From Chloroflexota bacterium (GTDB taxonomy: Bacteria; Chloroflexota; Dehalococcoidia; UBA2979), in assembly GCA_027593235.1 (NCBI GenBank), contig JAQCIU010000013.1:14447-78446 (forward strand): a stretch of DNA of 64,000 nt, read 5' to 3'. Shown piece by piece: positions 38,212-48,315 of the stretch (its first letter is position 1; the number at the start of each line of letters is the position of its first letter). The notes beneath the pieces are model-generated. The model worked only from the letters and a program-made list of their open reading frames with translations, had not been told where the DNA came from and did not search any database. The position numbers and the translations under genes are program-made.

Positions 38212-38679
38212 ATGAACCAGGGGACCGGGGCCATCTTCGTCGTGGGGTTGATCGTGTTGATCGCGGCCGGCGTCTTTGCGTTCGGGCTGGCGGGTGGCAG
38301 TACCACGATCACACCCGGGCCCCCGGAGCTGGGGTTCGAGTCCATCCCCACGGATGGATCGGCGGTGGTGGCCAGCAGCTCCCAGAGCGGTGGGTTGAAG
38401 CTGCTGGGCGTGCGGTTCCACCAGCCGGACTACACCCTCAATGTGGCGCTGGCCGTGCCGGAGAGCTGCCTGGTGGACGACGGCAGCGGGCACGAGCGGC
38501 TGCGCGCCGATGGGGAGTGCGCCGACCTCCCGGTCTCGGGCGCAGTGAGCGGCGGCGGCGTGACGGCGGGTGGCGACCGGATCGTGCAGATCGCGATCGT
38601 GGTGTCGCGCGCCTGCCACGAGGCGATTGCGCTGGGCGCGGCGTGGCCGAGTGACCTCAAGGTTTGCCGGGCGGCGTGA
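38212..38679 (+). CDS. Hypothetical exported/membrane-anchored protein with four Cys
   Basis: N-terminal hydrophobic helix; TAGGGT -10 six nt before ATG. Confidence 0.7.
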   Translation: MNQGTGAIFVVGLIVLIAAGVFAFGLAGGSTTITPGPPELGFESIPTDGSAVVASSSQSGGLKLLGVRFHQPDYTLNVALAVPESCLVDDGSGHERLRADGECADLPVSGAVSGGGVTAGGDRIVQIAIVVSRACHEAIALGAAWPSDLKVCRAA

Positions 38680-38767
38680 TTGCGGGCGGGGTGACGCCGC
38701 TCACGGCACAGCGAGCGAGGCGCTGGCAGGCTCGACCGTGCACCCGATCGAGGGCGAACGGAGCCGC

Positions 38768-39742
38768 GTGACGAGCATCGAGTCGATCTACTGGGTCTTC
38801 ACGCACAACTGCAATCTGCGGTGCGCGCACTGCTACAACGACTCGCGGCCGGGCGCCCCGACGATCACGCAGGCGGAAGCCGATGCGGTCCTCGGGCATC
38901 TGCCGGAGGTGGCGAACCGCTTCATCCTGTCGGGCGGCGAGCCGCTGGTAGAGCTGGAGCTGCCGCTCCACCTCGTGAGGTCGGGACGCGCGAGGTACCC
39001 GCACGCGCGGGTCGCGCTGCAGACGAACGGTGATGTGCTGGATCGTTCGACGCTCGACGCGCTGACCGTGGCGGGCGTCGATAGTTTCTCGATCTCGTCG
39101 TACGACCAGTTCCACCCGCGGCCGGCGGGGAAGTTCGAGGGCCTTCGATCGTTGTTCGCAAGCGCAGGGGTAGTGGAGCGGCAGGTGGGGGACCCGGCGG
39201 AGAACCGGCCGGGTGGTGACGCGGAGTCCGAGGTGAGTTTCACGGTTTGGGGCGCAAACCCGGAGCTGTGGGTCGGTGGAATCTGGCCGCGCGGGCGAGC
39301 GATGAAGTACGGGCTGGCGCAGCTCATGCCGGAACACAACTTCTGCGATCGCTGGTCGGGCGCGCTGGGGTTCCTGGATGACGGTTCCGCGCAGCAGGAG
39401 GTGTCGATCCAGCTCACCTCGGTGTATCCGTGCTGCCCGGGGACGGTGGAGCCGTTGGGGGATCTCGCGGAGGAATCGCTGACCTCGATCCTGGCGCGGC
39501 ACCGCGGGGATCCGATGTGGGCGGCGCTGAACCGCGGCGACCCGGCGGCGATGGGGGCGCACGCGGGGTTCGATCGGGGGGCAGCCCTCGAGCGAATCGA
39601 GGCGCTGGGGTCGGTCTGTCTCTGGTGCGACGAGTACATGACGGAACGGGTGCGGGCGCGGGGCGATCGTGCGGAGGAACTGCCCGTCCAGGGCGAGCGG
39701 CGGCTGGTCCCGATCGCGACGATCGAGGGCGGCGCGCACTGA
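38768..39742 (+). CDS. Radical SAM enzyme with C-terminal Cys-rich (SPASM/twitch-like) region
   Basis: CNLRCAHC, SGGEP, QTNG; later FC, YPCC and CLWC. Confidence 0.88.
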   Translation: MTSIESIYWVFTHNCNLRCAHCYNDSRPGAPTITQAEADAVLGHLPEVANRFILSGGEPLVELELPLHLVRSGRARYPHARVALQTNGDVLDRSTLDALTVAGVDSFSISSYDQFHPRPAGKFEGLRSLFASAGVVERQVGDPAENRPGGDAESEVSFTVWGANPELWVGGIWPRGRAMKYGLAQLMPEHNFCDRWSGALGFLDDGSAQQEVSIQLTSVYPCCPGTVEPLGDLAEESLTSILARHRGDPMWAALNRGDPAAMGAHAGFDRGAALERIEALGSVCLWCDEYMTERVRARGDRAEELPVQGERRLVPIATIEGGAH

Positions 39743-39810
39743 CTGGCTCCGACTCAAACCGATTGGCGCTGACTCGCGCCGAACCGTAAGGGGCGACGTA
39801 GGCTGCGGGC

Positions 39811-40518
39811 ATGACGAGCGAACCTCGAGGGCCGGCGATCGGCGTGCTCACGCGGTACCCGGAGCGCGGGCGCGGGAAGACGCGCCTGGCGGCGGCGATC
39901 GGCGCGGACGCGGCGTACGCGCTGGCGCGGGCGATGCTGCTCGACGTCTGCGACGCGGTGCGGGCGACGGCACTCTGCCACCCGACGGTATTCGTCGAAC
40001 CCGCGGAGGCGATCGACGACACAGTGGAGCTGACGGGGATCCTCGATGTGCGCGCGCAGGCGAGCGGCGACATCGGCGCGCGGATGCTCGCGGCGACCGC
40101 GTCGCTCGCCAGCGACGGATACGGCCCGGTGATCCTCGTGGGATCCGATCTGCCGTGGTTGGAGCCGGGGCGATTCCATCACGCACTGCGGGCGCTGCGG
40201 CGAGCGGACGTAGTGTTCGGGCCGGCCGCGGACGGTGGCTACTACCTGATTGGGATGCACCGGCCACTCGCGGCGCTCTTCGAGGGTGGCGCGATTAGCT
40301 GGGGTGGGCCGAGCGTCCTCGATGCTTCGATCGCGGCGGCGCGACGGGTGGGGCTCGACTATGGGCTGCTGCCGGAGGGGTTCGACGTGGACACGGCGGC
40401 AGACCTCGATCGGTTGCGGGACGAGCTGGCGCGTCGCGCGATCGACGGCGAGGCGTTGCCGCGACACACGGCGGAGGCGCTGGAGGCACTGGACGCGCTC
40501 GGCCTCGGGGGCGGGTGA
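39811..40518 (+). CDS. TIGR04282/DUF2064-like glycosyltransferase (CofC-like fold)
   Basis: GRGKTRL, GDIGARM, GSDLP, GPAADGGYYLIG, DVDTAADL. Confidence 0.87.
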   Translation: MTSEPRGPAIGVLTRYPERGRGKTRLAAAIGADAAYALARAMLLDVCDAVRATALCHPTVFVEPAEAIDDTVELTGILDVRAQASGDIGARMLAATASLASDGYGPVILVGSDLPWLEPGRFHHALRALRRADVVFGPAADGGYYLIGMHRPLAALFEGGAISWGGPSVLDASIAAARRVGLDYGLLPEGFDVDTAADLDRLRDELARRAIDGEALPRHTAEALEALDALGLGGG

Positions 40519-40546
40519 TCCGCCGCGGCGCGCCGAGGATTGCCGA

Positions 40547-41262
40547 TCAGAACGTGTAGCCGAGAACCTCGATGTCGGAGCGATAGATCTCGGCGACGCG
40601 CTGGCTGGTGCCGGCGTCGTAGTAGGCCGTGTAGTGATCGAAGCGGTCCTTTGCTCGGAAGGCGTGGCCGGCGAGACGGAATCGCCGCAGCCAGAGCGCG
40701 TACGCGAACTGCATGGCTCGCACCCGGCGGTAGGCGTACTGGGCCAGCTCATCCGAGGAGTTGAGGTGGGGCAGCGACGCGGCAGTCCGAGGGCATCGCA
40801 GACCTCGAATAACTCGGGCGCGAGGTTCTCGAAGCGAATCAGGCGATCGACGATGACGTTGCCGGAGTCGTCGCAGACGAAGTCGGTCTGCGGGCGGACG
40901 AAGTAGTGGAGGCGCTCCCACAGTTCGCCAGCGAGTAGCTCGTTCACGAAGACGGCGAAGGGGACGTGGATCGCGAGGTAGCGATACATGGAGACCACGC
41001 GCGCCCACGGGTTCCGGACCGTCGCGAACGTGAGGTAGTCGTCGAACATCGCCTGCGGGAGGTACTTGAGGCGCACATAGTCCGCGGCGGTGAGGTGCGA
41101 CAGGTACGGCGGGCCGAGCGTCGGATCGCTGTTCGGGGTAATCAGCAGTTGTGGCGCGCGCTCCCAATCGATGCCGAGCGCGTCGGTGAAGGCGTGCTCG
41201 ATGCTCTCGCCCGCGGCCTTCGGAACATGAACGAACACGCAGCGATGGTGATGGCTGATCAT
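40547..41262 (-). pseudogene. Sulfotransferase family 2 protein split by a 1-nt frameshift near 40780
   Basis: MISHHHRCVFVHVPKAAGES, VRNPWARVVS, RFENL in one frame; LPHLNSS..YYD..IYRSDIEVLGYTF in the adjacent frame. Confidence 0.8.
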
Positions 41263-41286
41263 GAGAGGGGTCGGTCGCCGATCGGG

Positions 41287-42495
41287 CTAGAGGGTGAAGT
41301 GCAGTGCTTCGGCGACGGTGTTCATGTCCTTGTCGCCGCGCCCGCTGAGGTTCAGCAGCACCACGTCATCCGGCGTCAGTTCCGGGGCGAGCTTCGTGAG
41401 GTAGGCGACGGCGTGCGATGACTCGAGGGCAGGCACGATGCCTTCCAGTTCGCAGAGGAGCTGGAGGGCAACGAGCGCTTCCTGGTCGGTGATAGCGTGG
41501 TACTCGGCGCGCTCGTTGAGCTTGAGCCAGGAGTGCTCCGGGCCGACCCCGGGGTAGTCGAGCCCGGCGGAGATGGAGTGGGCCTCGATGATTTGACCCC
41601 ATTCATCCTGGAGCAGCATCGACTTCGCGCCGTGGAGCACGCCGGGGCGGCCTTTCGAGAGCGTGGCGGCGTGGCGGCCGTTGAGGCCCTCGCCGGCTGC
41701 TTCGACGCCGATCAGGCGGATCGGGTCATCGAGGAGCGGGTAAAAGAGGCCCATCGCGTTGGAGCCGCCGCCGACGCAGGCGATGCCGATGGTGGGGAGC
41801 CGCCCTTCCTGCTCGAGGATCTGGGCGCGAGCTTCGCGACCGATCACGGACTGGAAGTCGCGGACCATCATCGGGTACGGGTGCGGGCCAACGACGCTAC
41901 CAATGATGTAGTAGGTGTCGGCGACGTTGGTGACCCAGTCGCGAATCGCCTCGTTAGTCGCGTCCTTGAGGGTGCGTGAGCCGGCGTTGACGGTGCGGAC
42001 CTCCGCGCCAAGCAGCTTCATGCGGAAGACATTGAGCGACTGGCGACGAACGTCCTCGGCGCCCATGTAGACGACGCACTCAAGGTCCAGCAGCGCGCAG
42101 ACGGTGGCGGTGGCGACGCCGTGCTGGCCAGCGCCGGTCTCCGCGATGATGCGGCGCTTGCCCATGCGCTGGGCGAGCAGGCCCTGTGCGAGGGCGGCGT
42201 TGATCTTGTGCGCGCCGGTGTGGGTGAGGTCCTCGCGCTTCAGGTAGACCTTCGCGCCGACGCGCTCCGACAGCCGCTCGGTGAAGGTCAGCGGCGTAGG
42301 CCGTCCGACGTAGTTCTTGAGGAGATCATCGAGGCGCGCGCGGAACGCGGGATCCGCCATCGCCTCGTGGTAAGCGATCTCCAGCTCGGCGACCGCGGGC
42401 ATCAGGGTCTCGGGGATGTACTGGCCACCGAACTCACCGAAGTGCCCGGTGGCGTCCGGGAAGGGATCGGATCGGGGGTGTTCAGTGGTGGTCAT
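41287..42495 (-). CDS. trpB: Tryptophan synthase beta chain
   Basis: [49 protein letters not shown]. Confidence 0.97.
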   Translation of the reverse strand: MTTTEHPRSDPFPDATGHFGEFGGQYIPETLMPAVAELEIAYHEAMADPAFRARLDDLLKNYVGRPTPLTFTERLSERVGAKVYLKREDLTHTGAHKINAALAQGLLAQRMGKRRIIAETGAGQHGVATATVCALLDLECVVYMGAEDVRRQSLNVFRMKLLGAEVRTVNAGSRTLKDATNEAIRDWVTNVADTYYIIGSVVGPHPYPMMVRDFQSVIGREARAQILEQEGRLPTIGIACVGGGSNAMGLFYPLLDDPIRLIGVEAAGEGLNGRHAATLSKGRPGVLHGAKSMLLQDEWGQIIEAHSISAGLDYPGVGPEHSWLKLNERAEYHAITDQEALVALQLLCELEGIVPALESSHAVAYLTKLAPELTPDDVVLLNLSGRGDKDMNTVAEALHFTL

Positions 42496-42559
42496 GTTCG
42501 TCCCTGCTGCAGTCGTTCGGTGCCTCGGTCGGTTGGCATGTTCGCGGGTTCGGGCGGAC

Positions 42560-43309
42560 TCAGGACATGCTTTCGTCAGCGCGGCGCACCGCCTCGATGA
42601 AGGCGCGCACGCGGCCGTAGTCCTTGCGGCCGTTGGTCTCCGTGCCGGTGGCGACATCGACAATCCACGGCTCGACGGCGCGGATCGCTTCGGCGACGTT
42701 TTCCGGGCTGAGGCCACCGGCGAGCATGATCGGGATCCGATCGGCGACTCGTCGGGCCACCTCCCAGTCGAAGGTGCGGCCAGTGCCGCCACGGTAGGGA
42801 CCGTGCGCGGCATCGAGTCCGAGCGCGATCGCGAAGCCGGGCTGCACTGAGACGAGGGAATCCGAGGGCGAATCGAGCGGTGAGACGTGCACGATCTGGA
42901 TCACCTGGCGGGTGACGAGCAGGCAGTCCTCCCAGCTCTCATCGCCGGAGAGCTGGACGAGATCGACACCCGACTCCTCCGCGAGTTCGTTGACCTCGTC
43001 GATCGGCTGATCGGCGAAGATGCCGACGGTGAGCGGTCGCTTGACCTCGAGGTAGGCCTCGATCACCTCGGCGCCGTGGCGGAACCACGGCTCGATCTCC
43101 TCGCGGGCAGCGGACTGCGCGGGTGGCGGCACGGCGAACGGGTGATCGGCGAGCGGGGCGCCGAGGGCGCGGACCATCGCGCGCGCCTCATCGATGTCGA
43201 CCTGTCGGGTCGATTTGGCGAAGTTGATGCCGACGAAGTCGGCGCCAGCCTCCGCGGCGGCGAGGACATCCTCGGGCGTTCGGTTCCCGCAGATCTTGAC
43301 GAGGGTCAT
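42560..43309 (-). CDS. trpF: Phosphoribosylanthranilate isomerase with internal insertion
   Basis: [31 protein letters not shown]. Confidence 0.93.
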   Translation of the reverse strand: MTLVKICGNRTPEDVLAAAEAGADFVGINFAKSTRQVDIDEARAMVRALGAPLADHPFAVPPPAQSAAREEIEPWFRHGAEVIEAYLEVKRPLTVGIFADQPIDEVNELAEESGVDLVQLSGDESWEDCLLVTRQVIQIVHVSPLDSPSDSLVSVQPGFAIALGLDAAHGPYRGGTGRTFDWEVARRVADRIPIMLAGGLSPENVAEAIRAVEPWIVDVATGTETNGRKDYGRVRAFIEAVRRADESMS

Positions 43310-43337
43310 CGGTCACTCCGATCGCACACGGCACGCG

Positions 43338-44201
43338 TCATCGTGGAGTCCCGGCTGGTGCGATCATGAACTCGCGCGCGCGTTGTTCGACATTGTCGCC
43401 GGTAACGAGCGCTTCGCCGATCAGCAGCGCGTGGGCACCGGCAGCGGCCATGCGTTCGGCGTCCGCGCGGGTGCGGATCGCCGACTCGGCGACGAGCGTG
43501 GCTGCGGCACCGACGAGGCCGGCGAGACGCTCGGTGGTCCCGAGGTCTTCCTCGAAAGTACGGAGGTTGCGGTTGTTGACGCCGACGACGCGCGCGCCGC
43601 AGTCGAGTGCGACGCGCAGCTCCGGCTCGTCGTGCACCTCGATCAGTGGCTCCATGCCGAGGGCCCGGGTGCGGGCGATCAGCCTGGTGAGTACGTCAGG
43701 CTGCAGGAGCATGACGATCAGCAGGACGGCGTCGGCACCGTGGGCGCGCGCCTCCAGGAGTTGGTACTCGTCCCAGATGAACTCCTTGCGGAGCAGGGCC
43801 GGGCGATCGGGGTCAGCGCGGAAGGCCGCGCTGACGTCCGCGAGATCCTGGATGCTGCCGGCGAAGAAGTCGGGCTCCGTGAGGATGGAGATCGCGGCAG
43901 CGCCAGCACGGGCGTAGCTGGTCGCCTGCTGGACGGCATCGAGATCGGCGTCGAAGACGCCCTTGCTGGGGGAGGCGCGCTTCACCTCCGCGATCAGGCG
44001 GACACGCGCGCCCTCGGGGGTGGCGGGGCGACCGCCGCGCAGCAGTGCCTCGAAGTCGCGTGCGGGTGGCGCGCCCTCGATGAGCGCGGCCAGCACTGAC
44101 TCTGGTCGCGCGACGCGATCCTCGGCGAGTCGCAGGCGGCGTGCGGCGACGATCTTGTCGAGCACGGTGCCGGTGTCGCGGGTCGCGCTCGCGTCGGACA
44201 T
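43338..44201 (-). CDS. trpC: Indole-3-glycerol phosphate synthase
   Basis: IAEVKRASPSKG, SILTE, LRKEF, GVNNRNL, AESAI. Confidence 0.95.
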   Translation of the reverse strand: MSDASATRDTGTVLDKIVAARRLRLAEDRVARPESVLAALIEGAPPARDFEALLRGGRPATPEGARVRLIAEVKRASPSKGVFDADLDAVQQATSYARAGAAAISILTEPDFFAGSIQDLADVSAAFRADPDRPALLRKEFIWDEYQLLEARAHGADAVLLIVMLLQPDVLTRLIARTRALGMEPLIEVHDEPELRVALDCGARVVGVNNRNLRTFEEDLGTTERLAGLVGAAATLVAESAIRTRADAERMAAAGAHALLIGEALVTGDNVEQRAREFMIAPAGTPR

Positions 44202-44207
44202 CGGGGG

Positions 44208-45266
44208 CTACTTCCCCGCCGCGCGGCGGGTGGCCTCGACGAAAGCGCCGGTCTTGGCAGCGGCCTCGCCGCTGTCGATCGCCTTCGCGGCCAGCTCCGC
44301 GCCCTGCTTGATGGAGGAGGCGAGGCCAGAGACGTAGAGCCCGGCGGCGGCGTTGGCGATGATCAGATCGCGGACGGCGAGCGGGCCCTCACCGCGGAAG
44401 ACGGCGCGGAGGATACCGGCGTTGTCTTGCGGGGTCCCGCCCAGGATCGCGTCGAACGGGTGGATCGAGATACCGAGGTCGAAGGGGGTCACGGTGCGGC
44501 GGGTGACCTGCGTGCCTTTGACCTCGAAGATCGTCGACGGGCCGGTGACGGTGAGGTCATCGAGGCCGTCATCGCCGGAGACGACGAGCGCGTGGCGCAT
44601 GTCGAGGCGGGCAAGCGCGTGGGCGAGCTTCTCGCCGACCTCGGGGTTGGCGACACCCATGACGTGGCAGTTGGCGCCGGCCGGGTTCGTGAGCGGGCCG
44701 AGCAGGTTGAAGATCGTGCGGACGCCGATCTGGGGGCGCAGCGGGCCGGCGAACTTCATCGCGGGGTGGAACGACTGCGCGAACATGAAGCCGACGCCGG
44801 TCTGCTCCACGCACTGCGCGACCTGCTCCGGGGTGAGTGCGATCTGGGCGCCTAGCGCTTCGAGGAGATCGGCGGAACCGGACTGCGAGGTCATCGCGCG
44901 GTTGCCGTGCTTCGCTACCGTCGCGCCGGCGGCAGCGGCGACAAACGCCGCCGCGGTCGAGGCGTTGAACACCTTCCGGGAGGAGCCGCCGGTACCGGCG
45001 GTGTCGAGCAGCGGGCGCGCCTTGATATCGACGCGGAGGGCGTAGGAGCGCATCGCCTTCGCCATGCCGACGATCTCGTCGACGCTCTCGCCCTTCATGC
45101 GGAGGGCGGTGACGAACGCGCCGAACTGGGCGGGCGTCGCCTGTTCACCCTCGCTGGCCGGACCCTCGAGGCCAGCGCGCATGATGTCCTGCATCGCGCC
45201 GCGCGCTTCGGCCTCGGTGAGGTCGCGCCGCTCGTCGACGAGGGCGGCGATTGCTTCCTTGATCAC
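44208..45266 (-). CDS. trpD: Anthranilate phosphoribosyltransferase
   Basis: DTAGTGG, FNAST, AKHGNRA..SGSAD, RTIFNLLGPLTNP. Confidence 0.96.
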   Translation of the reverse strand: MIKEAIAALVDERRDLTEAEARGAMQDIMRAGLEGPASEGEQATPAQFGAFVTALRMKGESVDEIVGMAKAMRSYALRVDIKARPLLDTAGTGGSSRKVFNASTAAAFVAAAAGATVAKHGNRAMTSQSGSADLLEALGAQIALTPEQVAQCVEQTGVGFMFAQSFHPAMKFAGPLRPQIGVRTIFNLLGPLTNPAGANCHVMGVANPEVGEKLAHALARLDMRHALVVSGDDGLDDLTVTGPSTIFEVKGTQVTRRTVTPFDLGISIHPFDAILGGTPQDNAGILRAVFRGEGPLAVRDLIIANAAAGLYVSGLASSIKQGAELAAKAIDSGEAAAKTGAFVEATRRAAGK

Positions 45267-45868
45267 GATGCGACCACCTCGGCAGCGCGCAGGTGCGCAG
45301 GTGCGCTCACGCCGAGGAAGTTGGCGAGGAGCTGGTGGCCGACCTTCGTCATGATCGATTCGGGGTGGAACTGGATGCCCTCGATCGGGAGCGTCTTGTG
45401 CCGGACGCCCATGATGACGCCGCTCTCGGAGCGGGCGGTCACCTCGAGTTCCTCGGGGACGGTGGCCGGATCGATCGCGAGCGAGTGGTAGCGGATGCCC
45501 TCGAAGGGATTGGGTAGGCCGCGGAAGACGCCCTTACCGTCGTGCTCGATCATCGAGGTCTTCCCATGGAGGATCTCGCCCGCGTAGTTCACGGTGCCAC
45601 CGTACGCCTCGCCGATGGCCTGGTGGCCGAGGCAGACCCCGAGCAGCGGGACCTGCCCTGCCGCGGCTTTCACGAGATCGATGGAGATGCCCGCCTCCGC
45701 CGGCGTGCAGGGGCCGGGCGAGATCACGATCTGATCCGCGCCCATCGCCAGGCAGTCCTCCACGGAGATCTCGTCGTTGCGATGGACCTCGACCTGGGCG
45801 CCGAGTTCCGAGAGGTACTGGTAGAGGTTGAAGGTGAACGAGTCGTAATTGTCGATGAGTAACAGCAT
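45263..45868 (-). CDS. trpG: Anthranilate synthase component II (start may be 45889)
   Basis: IDNYDSFT, SPGP, GVCLGHQ, RYHSL, QFHPES. Confidence 0.95.
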   Translation of the reverse strand: MLLLIDNYDSFTFNLYQYLSELGAQVEVHRNDEISVEDCLAMGADQIVISPGPCTPAEAGISIDLVKAAAGQVPLLGVCLGHQAIGEAYGGTVNYAGEILHGKTSMIEHDGKGVFRGLPNPFEGIRYHSLAIDPATVPEELEVTARSESGVIMGVRHKTLPIEGIQFHPESIMTKVGHQLLANFLGVSAPAHLRAAEVVAS

Positions 45869-45898
45869 GAGGTTGCCGTCCTTCGTCATGTCGCTAAT

Positions 45899-46828
45899 TT
45901 AGTCCTGGCGAGCGGTGTCCGACATCGCCAGGAGCTGTTCGGTGTGTTCGTGTTCGTGGCGGGAGATCTTGGCGATGCGATCGCCGATCCGGACGGCACC
46001 GCGTTCGTGGTGGTTGCCGTACTGGGTGAGCTGATCGTCCTCGAGACTGGCGAGCCAAAAGCGGGTGCGCTCGCGCGCCGCGTCCAGGCGTTGGCGCACG
46101 GTTTCGAGGTCGTCGACCGGCCGCGCGCGGTAGAGATCGTGCCACTGCGCGTCGTTGAAGCCGCGCCAGGTGTGCCCGGCGATGCGGAGCAGCCGATCGG
46201 TCTCGGCCAGGTAGTAGGTCTCGACATCGGCGATGTGCGCGAGGATGTCGAGCGGCGACCAGCCGTCCGTCAGTTGCTCCTCGCGAGCCGCCTCGGGGAC
46301 GGACTCGAAGGCGGCGAGCAGCGCGCCGCGCGTCTCGTTGAGCAGCGTGCCGATCGCATTCGCGGTCTGCGGATGCTCCGCAGCGCCGAGGGTGCGGGCG
46401 AGCCAGGCGGCGACCTCCGGCAGCAGTTCCGAGCCAACCGACGGGGTCGCGGGGTGTGCCCAGACGGCATCGGCGTAGTGCTTCGCGTTGAAGCGCGGCT
46501 CGCCGCGCCATGCACGACAGAGGAACGCGTTCACGATGAAGCGTGAACCGCCCTCACCGCTGACGTAGAGCGTGTCCTCGAAATCGAACGGACCCGGCTC
46601 GACGTGGACGTGCTCGCGCAGCACGCGCCCGAGTGCTTCCTCGGCGGTCTCGTCGTCGGCGACGCCGGTGATCGGGAGCGACCAGCGGCCGGCGAACGGA
46701 CCGGCATCGAGGTGCCGGAGGAGGAGGACGCGGCCGTCGTCACGGCGCATCACGGCCGCGGAGGCAAGCAGCGGGCCGGCCGGTGGGCCGGCAGATGAAG
46801 CGGGGGGCGGAGAAGCATCGTTGGTCAT
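45899..46828 (-). CDS. NUDIX-like plus DinB-family fusion protein
   Basis: N-terminal Nudix fold (VLLLR..WSLP..ETAEEA); C-terminal WSPLDILAHIADVE..HEHEH. Confidence 0.8.
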   Translation of the reverse strand: MTNDASPPPASSAGPPAGPLLASAAVMRRDDGRVLLLRHLDAGPFAGRWSLPITGVADDETAEEALGRVLREHVHVEPGPFDFEDTLYVSGEGGSRFIVNAFLCRAWRGEPRFNAKHYADAVWAHPATPSVGSELLPEVAAWLARTLGAAEHPQTANAIGTLLNETRGALLAAFESVPEAAREEQLTDGWSPLDILAHIADVETYYLAETDRLLRIAGHTWRGFNDAQWHDLYRARPVDDLETVRQRLDAARERTRFWLASLEDDQLTQYGNHHERGAVRIGDRIAKISRHEHEHTEQLLAMSDTARQD

Positions 46829-46845
46829 TGGTGTCGTCTTTCGCC

Positions 46846-48315
46846 CTAGTAGCCGAGGCTGCCGGTCGGCGGCCCGCCCTCGCCGTGTTCCGCATCATCC
46901 AACGCGGCGATCAACGCGCGCGCCTTGTGCTGGCATTCCTCGTACTCCTTCAGCGGATCGGAGTCGAAGACGATGCCAGCGCCCGCCTGCACGTGTGCCC
47001 AGCCGTCCTTCATCACCAGCGTGCGGATAGTGATGCAGGTCTCCGCGTTGCCGGACATGTCGAAGAATCCGACGGCGCCCGCGTACGGCCCGCGCTGATC
47101 CGGCTCGAGTTCGGCGATGATCTCCATCGCGCGGATCTTCGGGGCGCCGGAGACGGTCCCGGCCGGGAAGGCGGAGCGCAGCGCGTCGTAGGCGGTCATG
47201 TCGTCCCGCAACCGGCCCTGCACGTGGCTGACGAGGTGCATGACGTGCGAGTAGTACTCGATGTCGAGCTGCTGGGTGACCTCGACGGTGCCCGGCGTGG
47301 CGACGCGTCCGACGTCGTTGCGGCCGAGGTCGAGCAGCATCACGTGCTCGGCGATCTCCTTGGGGTCGTGGGCCAACTCCTCGGCGAGACGCTCGTCGTC
47401 GAGCGGAGTCTCGCCGCGCCGGCGGGTACCGGCGATCGGGTGCACCTCAACGAGGTCGTCCTCGATGTTGACCAGTAGCTCCGGGGAAGCGCCGACGATG
47501 TAGGTGTCGTCGAACTTGAGGTAGTACATGTACGGCGAGGGATTGATCGCGCGCAGGCTGCGATAGACCTCGAACGGGTGCGCCCCCGTCTGCCGCGAGA
47601 AGCGGAGCGAGATGACGCCCTGAATGATGTCGCCCTCGACGATGTAGTCCTTGATCCGACCGACCGCGGTCATGTACTCCGCCTGCGACCAGTTCTCCTG
47701 GATCGGCTGACCGGCGACACCGTCGAAGGGGATGTACGGCAGCGCGCCGAGCGGGATCTCGAGGCGGGCGACGAGTTCGTCGATGCGGCCAACGGCCTGG
47801 CGGTAGCTGGAGTCGATATCGCCGTCGAGCCGGACGTGCGAGACCACCTTGATCGAGTGCATGAGGTGATCGAATACGAGCAGGGTCTCGGCGAACATCA
47901 ACCATGATTCGGGCAACCCGATGGTGTTCGGACCGGCGATCGGCAGATCCTCGAAGTGACCGCCCGCCTCCCACCCGAGGTAGCCGACGGCGCCGCCGTG
48001 GAAGCGGGGCAGCCCCGGGACCTCCACGGCCTGCAGGCGCCCGAGTTCGCGTTCGATTTCGTCGAGCGGATCGCCATCGCTGTGATCGCGCGCGGCGACG
48101 CGGAAGGGCTCCGTGCCGATGAAGGAGTAGCGCCCGAGCCGCTCGCCGCCCTCGACGGATTCGAGGAGGAACGAGTAGGGACCGCGGGCGACCTTCAGGT
48201 AGGCGGAGACGGGCGTCTCCAGGTCAGCGCGGACCTCGCGGAAGACGGGGACGATGTTGCCTTTCCCCTGGAGGCGACGGACTTCGTTCAGGGGTGGGGT
48301 GTACTCACCGGGCAT
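46846..48315 (-). CDS. trpE: Anthranilate synthase component I
   Basis: FLLESVEGGE..RYSF, NPSPYM, PIAGT, EHVMLLDLGRND, FPAGTVSGAPK. Confidence 0.96.
   Translation of the reverse strand: MPGEYTPPLNEVRRLQGKGNIVPVFREVRADLETPVSAYLKVARGPYSFLLESVEGGERLGRYSFIGTEPFRVAARDHSDGDPLDEIERELGRLQAVEVPGLPRFHGGAVGYLGWEAGGHFEDLPIAGPNTIGLPESWLMFAETLLVFDHLMHSIKVVSHVRLDGDIDSSYRQAVGRIDELVARLEIPLGALPYIPFDGVAGQPIQENWSQAEYMTAVGRIKDYIVEGDIIQGVISLRFSRQTGAHPFEVYRSLRAINPSPYMYYLKFDDTYIVGASPELLVNIEDDLVEVHPIAGTRRRGETPLDDERLAEELAHDPKEIAEHVMLLDLGRNDVGRVATPGTVEVTQQLDIEYYSHVMHLVSHVQGRLRDDMTAYDALRSAFPAGTVSGAPKIRAMEIIAELEPDQRGPYAGAVGFFDMSGNAETCITIRTLVMKDGWAHVQAGAGIVFDSDPLKEYEECQHKARALIAALDDAEHGEGGPPTGSLGY

Noticed and set aside
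39754-41262. 502-aa sulfotransferase
   Set aside because: Sequence after about 40780 is out-of-frame read-through antisense to the DUF2064 gene
37430-41286. Mobile element or genomic island
   Set aside because: No integrase, transposase, terminal repeats or obvious compositional shift seen
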